From Pseudobdellovibrionaceae bacterium (GTDB lineage: Bacteria; Bdellovibrionota; Bdellovibrionia; Bdellovibrionales; Bdellovibrionaceae): a stretch of DNA of 64,000 bases. Positions within the stretch are counted from its first letter, which is position 1. Every line of letters starts with the position of its first letter. The stretch spans positions 79,494-143,493 of the forward strand of contig JBIKLL010000002.1 in NCBI GenBank assembly GCA_044359815.1, given 5' to 3'. The notes beneath the pieces were generated by a model. That model searched no databases and was not told the origin of the DNA. It was given only the letters and a program-made list of their open reading frames with translations. The translations under genes were made by a program, and so were the position numbers. Positions 8,557-18,065 of this stretch are shown piece by piece.

Positions 8557-8584
8557 TTGTCGGATTAATTAGATGAATTCTTGA
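8557..8584 (-). promoter_or_regulatory. putative sigma28 (FliA) promoter
   Basis: TCAAG-N15-TCCGACAA versus consensus TAAA-N15-GCCGATAA (spacer one base longer than canonical). Confidence 0.4.
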
Positions 8585-8706
8585 TGAAGAACCAATGAGG
8601 ACTACTGTTAAGTAAACCTTAAATGCTGCGTTTAAAGGTTAAAAAAAATTAATATGTTTCAAATCTTTTGCTCCCTAGGTCTGAGCTCTGGTCCTGCTTG
8701 CAATGG

Positions 8707-11700
8707 TTAAAGGGTGTGCTCGGGTGCTCGGCCGTTTGAAAGGTGATCGACTTTTTCGAAAGCCATTTTGATTTCTTTATTTAATTTATGGGTTTTCCTG
8801 AATCGCTCTGTCATCAAGTAAAAACACGGAACTACAAACAAGGTCAAAACTGTAGACAGTAAAACTCCCCCAATGATGGTGATTGCCATGGGTTTAAAAA
8901 CTTCTGATCCATCACCTGTCGCCACAGCTGAGGGAATAGCCGCTGCAATGGTTGCCAGTGAGGTCATTAGGATCGGACGCAATCTGATAGGACAGGCTGT
9001 CAACAAGGCTTCTTTGACAGGCAGATCCTGTTTTTCCCTGACCTGGTTTGTGAATTCCACCAACATAATGGAATTCTTTTTAACAATTCCCATTAAAAGC
9101 AAGATTCCAATCATTGAATAAATATTTAAACTTTGGAAAGTTCCGGCCAGCGCAAACAAAGCCCCCGAGATTGCAAAAGGCAAAGCCATCAAAACCGTGA
9201 CTGGATCGATAAATGAATTAAATTGTGAAGCTAAAACCATATAAGAAATAATAAATCCCAAAACTAGAGCTAATAATAAATTACTAAAGGTAGCCTGCAT
9301 TTCTTTGGAGCTGCCTTGATTTTTAAAAACATAGCCCTCAGGCAGAATGGCTTTGGCTTTTGTTTCAACAAAGCTCAAAGCATCTTGTTGGGAAACCTTA
9401 GGGGCTAAATTAGCATAAACAGAAATGGCTCTAGATCTATCGACTCTTGAGATCTGTTGCAAACTGTCGCCTTGATCGACTTTTACAACTCTGGATAAAG
9501 GCACCAAGTTCCCTCTGGCATTGCTGATTAATAATTTGTTGATTTCGTCAGTTCTGACGTTTTCTTTTTCCAATTGCAGTCTGATATCATATCGTCGTCC
9601 ACCGGATTCATAATCTCCAACTTTAACCCCACCAATCAGTGAATTAATTGTTTGCCCAATGGATTCAATACTAACCCCATGCATGGCTGCAGAAATTCGA
9701 TCAGGTTTTACCTGAACCTCGGGCATACCCATCAGATAATTGGAATCCACATCCACCATCATTTTGCTGTTTTTCATTTCCTCCATGATTTTTTGAGTGC
9801 TATCCCACAGTGTACCCCAGTCTGCTCCGGTTATCAGAAACTCAATGGGCATGCCTCGCCCCTGGGAAAATCCTCGCATCGATAAATCCTGCATGCGCGC
9901 TTTTGCGTCTTTGATCTTAGAAATTTCTGTGCGCGCATAATTCATAAAGCTTTGCTGTGACATTTTTCTGTCCGCCTTGGGAACTAAGGTCACAAAAAAC
10001 ATTGATGTATTGCCTTCACCAGCGCCGCCACCAAAACCACCCACAGCCGCGTAGACTTGCTTGATTTCTTTCTGCGAATAAAGCCAGTCCTCAACATCCT
10101 TTGTGACTTTGTCGGTGTACTGAATGCTGGATCCAACTGGAGTCTGCATGCGAATCAAAAACAAACTTTGATCCTGTGCCGGAGTGAATTCTTTGTTTAC
10201 AAATTTAACCGTAAAAAATGAAAGGACCATAAACACAATAGAGCCAATGACAACTTTGCCTCGGTGGGGCAGCAAAAAAACCAGCCATTTTTTGTATGAA
10301 ACTTCCATGGCACGCATAGAAGCCTCAATCCATCTGCCCAAACGAGTTGTGCGTTCGTGTGAAGCCGTGAAGGATGACGCCCTCATTGGCGTTATCGTCA
10401 AAGCTTCAAGCAACGAAAACAATACAGCCAAGGAAATTGTAACTCCAAATTGTAAAAAGAATTTGCCAATAATGCCCTTCATAAATGCAACTGGTAAAAA
10501 GATCGCGATAACGGCAACAGTTGCTGCCAATGCCGCGAAGGCAATTTCACGAGTGCCCATAATTGCTGATTCAACCTTGCCCTTTTTTAATTGCTGGTAT
10601 CTGAAAATATTTTCCAAAACCATGATCGCATCATCAACCACGATGCCAATTGCCAGAGTCAAACCCAGCAGTGAAAAAGTATTCAGCGTAAAATTAAAAA
10701 CATACATCCCAATAAAAGCACCCATGATTGAAGTCGGGATGGACAGCAACACATTAAAAGTAGCGCTCCAGCTTCCCAGAAAAAGCAAACACACAATGCT
10801 GGTTAATAAAATTGCTAACAGTAAATGTTTTTCCAGTTCTTTGATTGAATATTTAATAAATCGGGTTGAATCAAAATTCACTTTCAGTGAAACGCCTTCA
10901 GGCAAGCTCTTTTGAAATTCATTAACAACCTTTGTGACGTTTTCTGCGACTTCGACTGCGTTTGAGCCTCTTTGCTTGACGATTCCCAATCCAATGGCTG
11001 ATTCACGGTTAAACCTGGAAATTCTGCGAATGTCATTCAGACCTTCTTCTATGCGAGCGACATCTGAAAGCTTTAACATATTGGTGGGATCTTGAACGGC
11101 TAGGCCTGCACGTTTTGAAATATTGATGGTCCCAAATTCTTGAATTGATTTGGCCTCTCCCATTGTTCGCACATTGTAGGCCTCTTTGCCTTGTTCGATC
11201 AATCCACCGGGCAGTTCACGGTGTTCGCTCTGAATGGCCGATATAATATCGTTAACAGCAATATTATATCTGTCCAATTTTTCAGGCTGCACCCAAACCC
11301 TCAATGCGGGGTCTACATACCCACCTAAAAAAATCTGTCCTACGCCAGGAACTGTAGTGAATTTATCACGAACAGAATTTCTGGCGTATTTCATTAAAAA
11401 TTCCGGATCATTTTTATTGTAACTGAGCGCTAGCCACATTATCGGCTGATCTTCCGGATTGAATTTTGTAATCACAGCAGGATCAATGTCTTTGGGTAAG
11501 CGCCGCTGAGCTTGAGCCACTTTTGTTTGAACTTCTTGCAGAGCCACATCGATATTTTTATCTAAGTCAAACTCAAGAGTTATCGAAGCTGAACTTTGTT
11601 TTGCACTAGAGCTGATTGATTTCAAACCTTCAACAGTCATCACTGCGTCTTCAATAGGATCTATCACAGAGGTTTCCATGACTTCTGGTGCGGCTCCTTC

Positions 11701-11853
11701 CAATGAAACTGTCACAGTTAAAACCGGAAAGTCCACATCTGGCATTTGGCTTACGCCCAATCTGGTAAAGCTGATCCAACCAAACAAAATTATAGATGCC
11801 ATTAGCATCCAAGCCAGTACGGGATTTTTAATTGATACGTCTGAAATTCTCAT
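8707..11853 (-). CDS. AcrB/AcrD/AcrF-family RND permease
   Basis: Start revised to MRISDVSIKNPV; GIVVDDAIMVLENI, GIVKKNSIMLVEF, RLRPILMTSLAT. Confidence 0.95.
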   Translation of the reverse strand: MRISDVSIKNPVLAWMLMASIILFGWISFTRLGVSQMPDVDFPVLTVTVSLEGAAPEVMETSVIDPIEDAVMTVEGLKSISSSAKQSSASITLEFDLDKNIDVALQEVQTKVAQAQRRLPKDIDPAVITKFNPEDQPIMWLALSYNKNDPEFLMKYARNSVRDKFTTVPGVGQIFLGGYVDPALRVWVQPEKLDRYNIAVNDIISAIQSEHRELPGGLIEQGKEAYNVRTMGEAKSIQEFGTINISKRAGLAVQDPTNMLKLSDVARIEEGLNDIRRISRFNRESAIGLGIVKQRGSNAVEVAENVTKVVNEFQKSLPEGVSLKVNFDSTRFIKYSIKELEKHLLLAILLTSIVCLLFLGSWSATFNVLLSIPTSIMGAFIGMYVFNFTLNTFSLLGLTLAIGIVVDDAIMVLENIFRYQQLKKGKVESAIMGTREIAFAALAATVAVIAIFLPVAFMKGIIGKFFLQFGVTISLAVLFSLLEALTITPMRASSFTASHERTTRLGRWIEASMRAMEVSYKKWLVFLLPHRGKVVIGSIVFMVLSFFTVKFVNKEFTPAQDQSLFLIRMQTPVGSSIQYTDKVTKDVEDWLYSQKEIKQVYAAVGGFGGGAGEGNTSMFFVTLVPKADRKMSQQSFMNYARTEISKIKDAKARMQDLSMRGFSQGRGMPIEFLITGADWGTLWDSTQKIMEEMKNSKMMVDVDSNYLMGMPEVQVKPDRISAAMHGVSIESIGQTINSLIGGVKVGDYESGGRRYDIRLQLEKENVRTDEINKLLISNARGNLVPLSRVVKVDQGDSLQQISRVDRSRAISVYANLAPKVSQQDALSFVETKAKAILPEGYVFKNQGSSKEMQATFSNLLLALVLGFIISYMVLASQFNSFIDPVTVLMALPFAISGALFALAGTFQSLNIYSMIGILLLMGIVKKNSIMLVEFTNQVREKQDLPVKEALLTACPIRLRPILMTSLATIAAAIPSAVATGDGSEVFKPMAITIIGGVLLSTVLTLFVVPCFYLMTERFRKTHKLNKEIKMAFEKVDHLSNGRAPEHTL

Positions 11854-11881
11854 AGAAGAATGCTTCCTTGAATTAGCTTTG

Positions 11882-11910
11882 TTGACAAGCTCTAACACCA
11901 AAATTAATCT
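11882..11910 (+). promoter_or_regulatory. sigma70-type promoter
   Basis: TTGACA-17 nt-TAATCT, 10 nt upstream of ATG 11921. Confidence 0.6.
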
Positions 11911-11920
11911 TCAGAGCTGG

Positions 11921-12724
11921 ATGAAAAATCTGCTTTCGGTATCATTATTTTGTTTTTCAATTATCAGCTTCGCTTTCGATTTAAATGCAAGAACTGCAGA
12001 TTCAGTTTCAATTAAAGTGAATGATTTGAAATCTGCCGGTTCCAGTGCATTGAAAGCCAGTGCCATTAACGAACTTTCCACTCAGAAAATTAACAGCCGA
12101 CTGGAGTCCGCCAGTGTAACCCAAGCTGATCTGTTGGTTTTGCAGGATCCTGGGGCAAAACTGAATGAAAATTCCTGGAAGGTTTCAGCCTCAGTTCTGT
12201 TACAGAAAATGAAACCACTAGGTGTTTTTAAGTCTAAAACAGATTTGGTTTTTAATTTTGATTCTTTGGATTCCACCCCAATGCCGGCAATTGAACTGGG
12301 TGTCGGCAGAAATTTAAAATTTAAAAACTATCCTTTTAAAATTTCTGCCTCAGCTCAAGCGGCCTATGCTGTCCAATCAACTCAGACTTATTTTAAAACA
12401 GGGTTGTTGGTTGATAACTCAAGACTGATCATGCAATCAGGGACTGCGGGATTAAATCTGTTACTCAGTAACCCCTGGTTAAACAAAGTTGAATTAGAAT
12501 TGGGATGTGGACAGGGAAATTTTAATTATTCCCACCAGGCCAAACAAGATTATGCCAGTTTTAGCGAAGACCTTAAATATACGTTCACTAGTTTGGGCCT
12601 GGTTTATTCTGTAACAAATTCTTGGGGAGCCTTTTTACGTTTAGAAAATAAAGATCAAACTTCTTCTAGCTCTCTGGCAATCCAGCAGCAAACACAGTCT
12701 TTGGGAACCAGATTTATATGGTAA
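11921..12724 (+). CDS. exported protein, probable outer-membrane beta-barrel
   Basis: Start revised to MKNLLSVSLFCFSIISFA (signal peptide); alternating beta-strand pattern; aromatic C-terminus LGTRFIW. Confidence 0.6.
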   Translation: MKNLLSVSLFCFSIISFAFDLNARTADSVSIKVNDLKSAGSSALKASAINELSTQKINSRLESASVTQADLLVLQDPGAKLNENSWKVSASVLLQKMKPLGVFKSKTDLVFNFDSLDSTPMPAIELGVGRNLKFKNYPFKISASAQAAYAVQSTQTYFKTGLLVDNSRLIMQSGTAGLNLLLSNPWLNKVELELGCGQGNFNYSHQAKQDYASFSEDLKYTFTSLGLVYSVTNSWGAFLRLENKDQTSSSSLAIQQQTQSLGTRFIW

Positions 12725-14151
12725 AGTTATTTCTGTTGCTAGTAATGACTTTGACTGCGGCCGAACCAGCGAAAGACGCTTCTGTTAAATCAAAAGCAAC
12801 TATGTCATTGAGCCAGAAAAAAGTTGCCGAGATGGTTATTGCCCAAGGCCCAAGGGCTAAAGAGATAGAAAACAAATATCAGCAAAGCAGATTACCATAT
12901 ATTGAATCATTGGCTACCTGGGATTGGACCTTGAAAGCTGATTCGGGTTTTGAAAAAGACAATACAGAAACTTTAGCCAGTCCCGCCCTGAATTATCAAA
13001 GGTACAAATCAAATCTGAGTCTGGGTAAAAGTTTTTTTACTGGCACTAATGCGCAATTAATTTTTTCAAGAACTTCGCAAAAATCCGATCAATTAACGAC
13101 TAACCCACAGCTGACAGCTGATTTGATGACTTTGGAAATCACTCAAAAACTTTGGAATAACGGCTTTGGATATGGTGATCGTGCAAGGGTTGAAAGTGCC
13201 GAAATGAATTTCAAGGCTCAACAGATATTGAGGGCAAATGAATTGCAGGATTTAGTATTGGAAGCTGTAAAGTTGTTTTGGAAAACCTATGTTTCACAGG
13301 AACAAATGCGTCAGGCACTGGGTGCTCGGGACAGATATGAAAAACTGGTCACAGCGGTCAAAAGAAAAAGTGGCCTGGGTTACACCAGCCCCGGCGAATT
13401 ATTTCAAGTTCAGGCTGAGTTGCAAATTCGCATCCAGAAAGTCAAAGCAACTTCACAAGATTATTTAAAAAATCTTGATCAATTAAATACTTTGTTGGGT
13501 TTACCCACATCCACTGAAATCGATTTCGAAATACCCAAAGAAATTCCTGCCATTCCTAAACTGAAGGATGTCGCCATTGATGAGCTCAGATCAATAAAGT
13601 CTCAGAAACTAAAACTTGAGGCTTCAAAAGCTGACTTAAGTTTAGCCGAGAGCCAATCAAGACCTAGTATAGATTTAGTCGTTAAATCCAGCAGCACTGG
13701 AGTTGACGAAAGCTCAACGGCTTCTTATGCCGAAATGACGGATGCTCAAAAAAACAAACTTTATACTGGCGTGGCCTTTGAGTACAAATTTGGATCTGGG
13801 CTAAATTCTGAAAAACCTTTTGCAAAAAAAGCAGCTGTCAGCCTGGAGGAATCCAAATTGAATCGTTTTAAACAAGAGGCCATTGATAGTTTGCTCAATA
13901 TTGAACGTAAAGTTTCTGCTCAGTATGCTGAGGCTTTGTCGTTTCAGGAACAAAAATCCCTCAGGCAAAAAGCTTATCAAGAGCTGAATAGATCATACAA
14001 TCAGGGTCGAACGGATATTTCACGATTGATTGAATCAATGAATGCTTTGTTTGATTCCGAGGTCTCGGCAGTGACTTCATTGGGGAACTACGAAATTTCA
14101 TTGAATGAATGGGCAGCTGCCAGAGATGAGTTGATTCCGAATATTAATTAG
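12718..14151 (+). CDS. TolC-family outer-membrane efflux protein
   Basis: Signal peptide; OEP-type repeats (LEITQKLWNNG, SRPSIDL, YNQGRTDISRLIES); adjacent to an RND permease. Confidence 0.85.
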   Translation: MVKLFLLLVMTLTAAEPAKDASVKSKATMSLSQKKVAEMVIAQGPRAKEIENKYQQSRLPYIESLATWDWTLKADSGFEKDNTETLASPALNYQRYKSNLSLGKSFFTGTNAQLIFSRTSQKSDQLTTNPQLTADLMTLEITQKLWNNGFGYGDRARVESAEMNFKAQQILRANELQDLVLEAVKLFWKTYVSQEQMRQALGARDRYEKLVTAVKRKSGLGYTSPGELFQVQAELQIRIQKVKATSQDYLKNLDQLNTLLGLPTSTEIDFEIPKEIPAIPKLKDVAIDELRSIKSQKLKLEASKADLSLAESQSRPSIDLVVKSSSTGVDESSTASYAEMTDAQKNKLYTGVAFEYKFGSGLNSEKPFAKKAAVSLEESKLNRFKQEAIDSLLNIERKVSAQYAEALSFQEQKSLRQKAYQELNRSYNQGRTDISRLIESMNALFDSEVSAVTSLGNYEISLNEWAAARDELIPNIN

Positions 14152-14178
14152 TTCTAGGGGATTGTGCGAGGGGAAAAA

Positions 14179-15141
14179 ATGAAAACAGTCAGCGTAATAC
14201 TGAGTTTGTTACTGATAGCCAGTTGTGCATTTAAGGACAATGAGGGTAAAGATGAAGCCAACAGAGAAGACCTGGAAAGGCTTCAAGATTCCAGGGCAAA
14301 GCTTGAGCCCATCAAGGGCACTTGGATTGGTACATTGTCTCGTTCTGGCAAAAGAATTTCAGTCTCTTTGCGGATTGAAGAGTATTTATCCCAAGACCGA
14401 CGAAATGACAGCGGTAATATCGTTTTTAATGCTGACCCCAGTGCCACATTTTATTCAACCAAGGACGCCAGCTACGCACCTGAAACCTTGCTAGGACAAT
14501 ACAGTCCTGAAAACGGCGAATTGATTTTTATTAAAGCACCTACAACAAATCCCAATGCTGACGATATTGAATCGATGAACTTAGTTTTTGATGGAACTAA
14601 GCTTTCTGGAAACTTGAAAGCCCGGGGATATGTGGTTGGGACTTTGGAATTTTCAAACAGAATCACCACCAATGATTCAGCTGAAGATTTATTTGATGAA
14701 TACAACAGATTACTCAAGCTTCAGTACAAGCCTTTGTTAGGATCATTCAGAGGACTGATCAAAGAAACAAACAATCCCCGAGCTAAACAGTATTTTGTAT
14801 GTGTTGAGCTTTACACTTATGAAGTTCCAACATCTAACGGCAAGACCCAAGCTGCGTTAGGAGCTTCCTATGTTCGCGAAGACGACAGAAATGGTGGATT
14901 TTTTAAAATATTAAAAGCTAACTATAATATCAGAACTGTTATTCCACAATTGAGCATGACTTCGCAGTTTCAAGATCAACCAAGGCCTAACCAGTACCAG
15001 GTTGAAATGAATCTAGTTCCAACCTTTAGATCTGAAAATAAAATTCAATCTTTGGAAGGCACACATATTAATAAATTGTATGGGATTGTTTCAAAAATAA
15101 AACTGGAGCCCTTTAATCGACCTTGCCCACGCCCGAACTAA
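14179..15141 (+). CDS. hypothetical lipoprotein
   Basis: MKTVSVILSLLLIASC lipobox; beta-rich; 27 nt downstream of the tolC-like stop. Confidence 0.75.
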   Translation: MKTVSVILSLLLIASCAFKDNEGKDEANREDLERLQDSRAKLEPIKGTWIGTLSRSGKRISVSLRIEEYLSQDRRNDSGNIVFNADPSATFYSTKDASYAPETLLGQYSPENGELIFIKAPTTNPNADDIESMNLVFDGTKLSGNLKARGYVVGTLEFSNRITTNDSAEDLFDEYNRLLKLQYKPLLGSFRGLIKETNNPRAKQYFVCVELYTYEVPTSNGKTQAALGASYVREDDRNGGFFKILKANYNIRTVIPQLSMTSQFQDQPRPNQYQVEMNLVPTFRSENKIQSLEGTHINKLYGIVSKIKLEPFNRPCPRPN

Positions 15142-15150
15142 AATTAGGGT

Positions 15151-15360
15151 GACGGAATTTAATTAATTAATAGAAGAGTTATTTTTCCTGCATATTATTT
15201 TTAAAAATTCACATATTTATTTTTATTAAAAAGGGTTCTCCGCGGAGCCAGGATGGCGGGGGCAAAGCCCGAGCGGATGAAGCACGAGCTGTAACCCTTT
15301 TTAATAAAAATAAATATGTGAATTTTTAAAAAATAATTATTCTATTAATTAAATTCCGTC
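15151..15360. repeat. long palindromic element with GC-rich structured core
   Basis: Perfect 40-bp arms 15198-15237/15293-15332; outer 17-bp arms 15151-15167/15344-15360; 55-nt GC-rich core. Confidence 0.92.
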
Positions 15361-16140
15361 GCCTTGGACAGCTTCGCGCTTGAAGATCGCAGAGGACAGT
15401 CTTTCGCGATTCATTTTTGCTATGTTGGCCAGTGAAATCCCCTTGGGGCAGGCCGCTGAGCAAGATCCGGTCGAAGTGCATGCACCAAAGCCCTCTTGGT
15501 CCATGGTGGCAACCATGTTTTCTACTCTTTCAAATCTTTCAACCTGACCTTGAGGAAGCAAAGCCAGATGGGAAACCTTGGCTGATACAAACAACATTGC
15601 AGAAGCATTTTTGCAACTGGCCACACAGGCTCCGCATCCAATGCATTCTGCCGCTGAAAACGCTGCATCGGCATCGGGTTTTGGTATGGGCAAGCTATTG
15701 GCATCTTTTGCATTACCTGTATCAACAGAAATAAATCCGCCCGAAGTAATGATTCTGTCAAAAGCTGATCGGTCTACCATCAGATCTTTGATTACTGGAA
15801 AGGACTGAGCCCTCCAAGGTTCCAAGGTCAGGGTTTCACCGTCTTTAAAAACTCTCATATGCAGCTGACAGACAGTGGTGTGTTTTTGTGGGCCATGAGC
15901 GTTTCCATTGATCATAAATCCGCAACTTCCGCATATTCCTTCGCGGCAATCATGATCAAAAGCAATCGGTTCTTCACCCTTTAAAACCAAGCCTTCGTTG
16001 ACCTGATCAAGCATTTCTAAAAAACTGGAGTCTTCTGAAACCCCCTTAGCATCATAATTAACAAACTTGCCTTCTGATTTGCCGGTTTGTCGCCAAACTT
16101 TCAAAACTAGATTTAATAATTTTCCGCCAGTTCCACCCAT
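15349..16140 (-). CDS. sdhB: succinate dehydrogenase/fumarate reductase iron-sulfur subunit
   Basis: [32 protein letters not shown]. Confidence 0.95.
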   Translation of the reverse strand: MGGTGGKLLNLVLKVWRQTGKSEGKFVNYDAKGVSEDSSFLEMLDQVNEGLVLKGEEPIAFDHDCREGICGSCGFMINGNAHGPQKHTTVCQLHMRVFKDGETLTLEPWRAQSFPVIKDLMVDRSAFDRIITSGGFISVDTGNAKDANSLPIPKPDADAAFSAAECIGCGACVASCKNASAMLFVSAKVSHLALLPQGQVERFERVENMVATMDQEGFGACTSTGSCSAACPKGISLANIAKMNRERLSSAIFKREAVQGDGI

Positions 16141-16148
16141 TCAATTCC

Positions 16149-18065
16149 TCACTTATAGCTTCTGGTAGCCAGTTTAACATTTTCAAATTTTAATTCTTCT
16201 TTGTGCAGTTTCGCCTTTTGATTTCCTTGATTCTCCCAGGCGGCAACATAACAGAAATTTTGGTCATCACGCTTAGCTTCATTATCTGGTGTTTGGTATT
16301 CTTCCCTAAAATGTCCACCGCAAGATTCTTTACGCTCAAGAGCATCCAAACACATCAGCTCACCCAATTCTAAAAAGTCCGCAACACGACCCGCTTTCTC
16401 AAGCTCAGGATTGACACCCTTTGCAGTGCCTGGAATTTTAATATCATTCCAGAATTGCTCTTTCAGTTTCGGAATGATTTCCAGCGCTTTTTTCAACCCA
16501 ACTTCGCTTCTGGACATCCCACAGTATTCCCACATGATGTGTCCTAATTTTTTATGAATGCTGTCGACTGTTTGTGATCCCTTAATTGACATCATTTTAT
16601 CAATTTCTTTTTGAGCGGTATCTTGGCCGGCTTTAAAGGCATCGCTGTCTTTTGAAACTTTATCCAGTTGTGCGTTGGCCAAGTAATTTCCAATCGTGTA
16701 GGGCAGTACAAAATAACCGTCTGCCAATCCTTGCATTAATGCCGAAGCACCCAATCTGTTGGCACCATGATCAGAAAAATTAGCTTCGCCGGCTACAAAC
16801 AATCCCGGAATTGTGCTCATCAAATTATAATCGACCCACAAACCACCCATAGTGTAATGCGGAGCTGGGAAAATTCTCATCGGCATTTTGTAGGGATTTT
16901 CACCTGTGATTTTGTCGTACATTTCAAATAAATTTCCATATTTTTCAGACACGGCTTTTTCTCCCTGTCTGCCAATGGCATCCTTGAAATCCAGATAAAC
17001 TGCGACACCCGTGCCACCCACACCATGTCCTTCGTCAACTCTGAATTTGGCCTGCCTGGATGCCACGTCTCGCGGGGCTAAATTTCCAAAACTGGGATAA
17101 ATTCTTTCTAAAAAATAATCTCTTTCGTCTTCTGGGATTTCGTGCGGAGGTCTTTTGTCGCCCTTTTTCTTGGGAACCCAAACCCTACCGTCATTTCGCA
17201 AAGACTCAGACATCAAAGTCAGCTTTGACTGAATTTCCCCTGCCACTGGGATACATGTTGGATGAATTTGTGTGAAACAAGGATTTGCAAAAAAAGCTCC
17301 TTTTTTATGAGCCTTCCAAGCCGCCGTCACAGCGCAAGCCATGGCATTAGTCGACAGGAAAAACACATTCGAATAACCGCCTGTAGCCAGCACAACACAA
17401 TCTGCTTCATGTCTTTCAAGCTCACCCGTCAGTAAATTTCTGGTGATAATTCCACGAGCCTTGCCATTAACCATGATCAATTCTAGCATTTCACGTCTGT
17501 AATACAGATCTACCTGTTTTTTATTTACCTGTCTCATCATTGCCGAATAGGCTCCCAGCAATAATTGTTGTCCTGTTTGCCCTCTGGCATAAAAAGTTCT
17601 GGACACCTGAGCCCCGCCAAAAGATCTATTAGATAACAAACCACCGTATTCGCGGGCTAGTGGCACGCCCTGGGCCACACACTGATCAATAATTTGTGTT
17701 GAAACTTGAGCCAGTCTGTAAACATTAGCTTCACGCGCTCTAAAGTCGCCGCCTTTGACAGTGTCGTAAAACAATCTGTAAACACTGTCGCCATCGTTTT
17801 TATAATTTTTTGCAGCGTTGATTCCACCTTGGGCGGCAACCGAATGTGCGCGACGAGGACTTTCGTGCACACAAAAAGCTTTGACCTTATAACCGAGCTC
17901 GCCCAACGAAGCCGCAGCACTGCCGCCCGCCAAACCAGTTCCCACAACAATCACTGTGAATTTTCTTTTATTGGCAGGGCTCACCAGTTTCATGTGAAAC
18001 TTGTGATCTTCCCATTTGTCCTCAATTGCTCCTTCAGGAATTTTTGAATCTAAAATTGATGACAT
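16149..18065 (-). CDS. sdhA: succinate dehydrogenase/fumarate reductase flavoprotein subunit
   Basis: [42 protein letters not shown]. Confidence 0.96.
   Translation of the reverse strand: MSSILDSKIPEGAIEDKWEDHKFHMKLVSPANKRKFTVIVVGTGLAGGSAAASLGELGYKVKAFCVHESPRRAHSVAAQGGINAAKNYKNDGDSVYRLFYDTVKGGDFRAREANVYRLAQVSTQIIDQCVAQGVPLAREYGGLLSNRSFGGAQVSRTFYARGQTGQQLLLGAYSAMMRQVNKKQVDLYYRREMLELIMVNGKARGIITRNLLTGELERHEADCVVLATGGYSNVFFLSTNAMACAVTAAWKAHKKGAFFANPCFTQIHPTCIPVAGEIQSKLTLMSESLRNDGRVWVPKKKGDKRPPHEIPEDERDYFLERIYPSFGNLAPRDVASRQAKFRVDEGHGVGGTGVAVYLDFKDAIGRQGEKAVSEKYGNLFEMYDKITGENPYKMPMRIFPAPHYTMGGLWVDYNLMSTIPGLFVAGEANFSDHGANRLGASALMQGLADGYFVLPYTIGNYLANAQLDKVSKDSDAFKAGQDTAQKEIDKMMSIKGSQTVDSIHKKLGHIMWEYCGMSRSEVGLKKALEIIPKLKEQFWNDIKIPGTAKGVNPELEKAGRVADFLELGELMCLDALERKESCGGHFREEYQTPDNEAKRDDQNFCYVAAWENQGNQKAKLHKEELKFENVKLATRSYK

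Noticed and set aside
8615..8640. Hairpin downstream of the RND gene as a terminator
   Set aside because: Weak AT-rich stem, and the T-tract is on the wrong side for the minus-strand transcript.
10184..10915. 243-aa plus-strand ORF and the many other short antisense or alternate-frame ORFs in the track
   Set aside because: They are shadows of well-supported genes and show no recognisable motifs.
15238..15292. Core as c-di-GMP-I riboswitch (GGCAAA) or hammerhead ribozyme (GATGA)
   Set aside because: It lies at gene 3' ends and lacks the second riboswitch hairpin; neither core contains the hammerhead CUGANGA motif.
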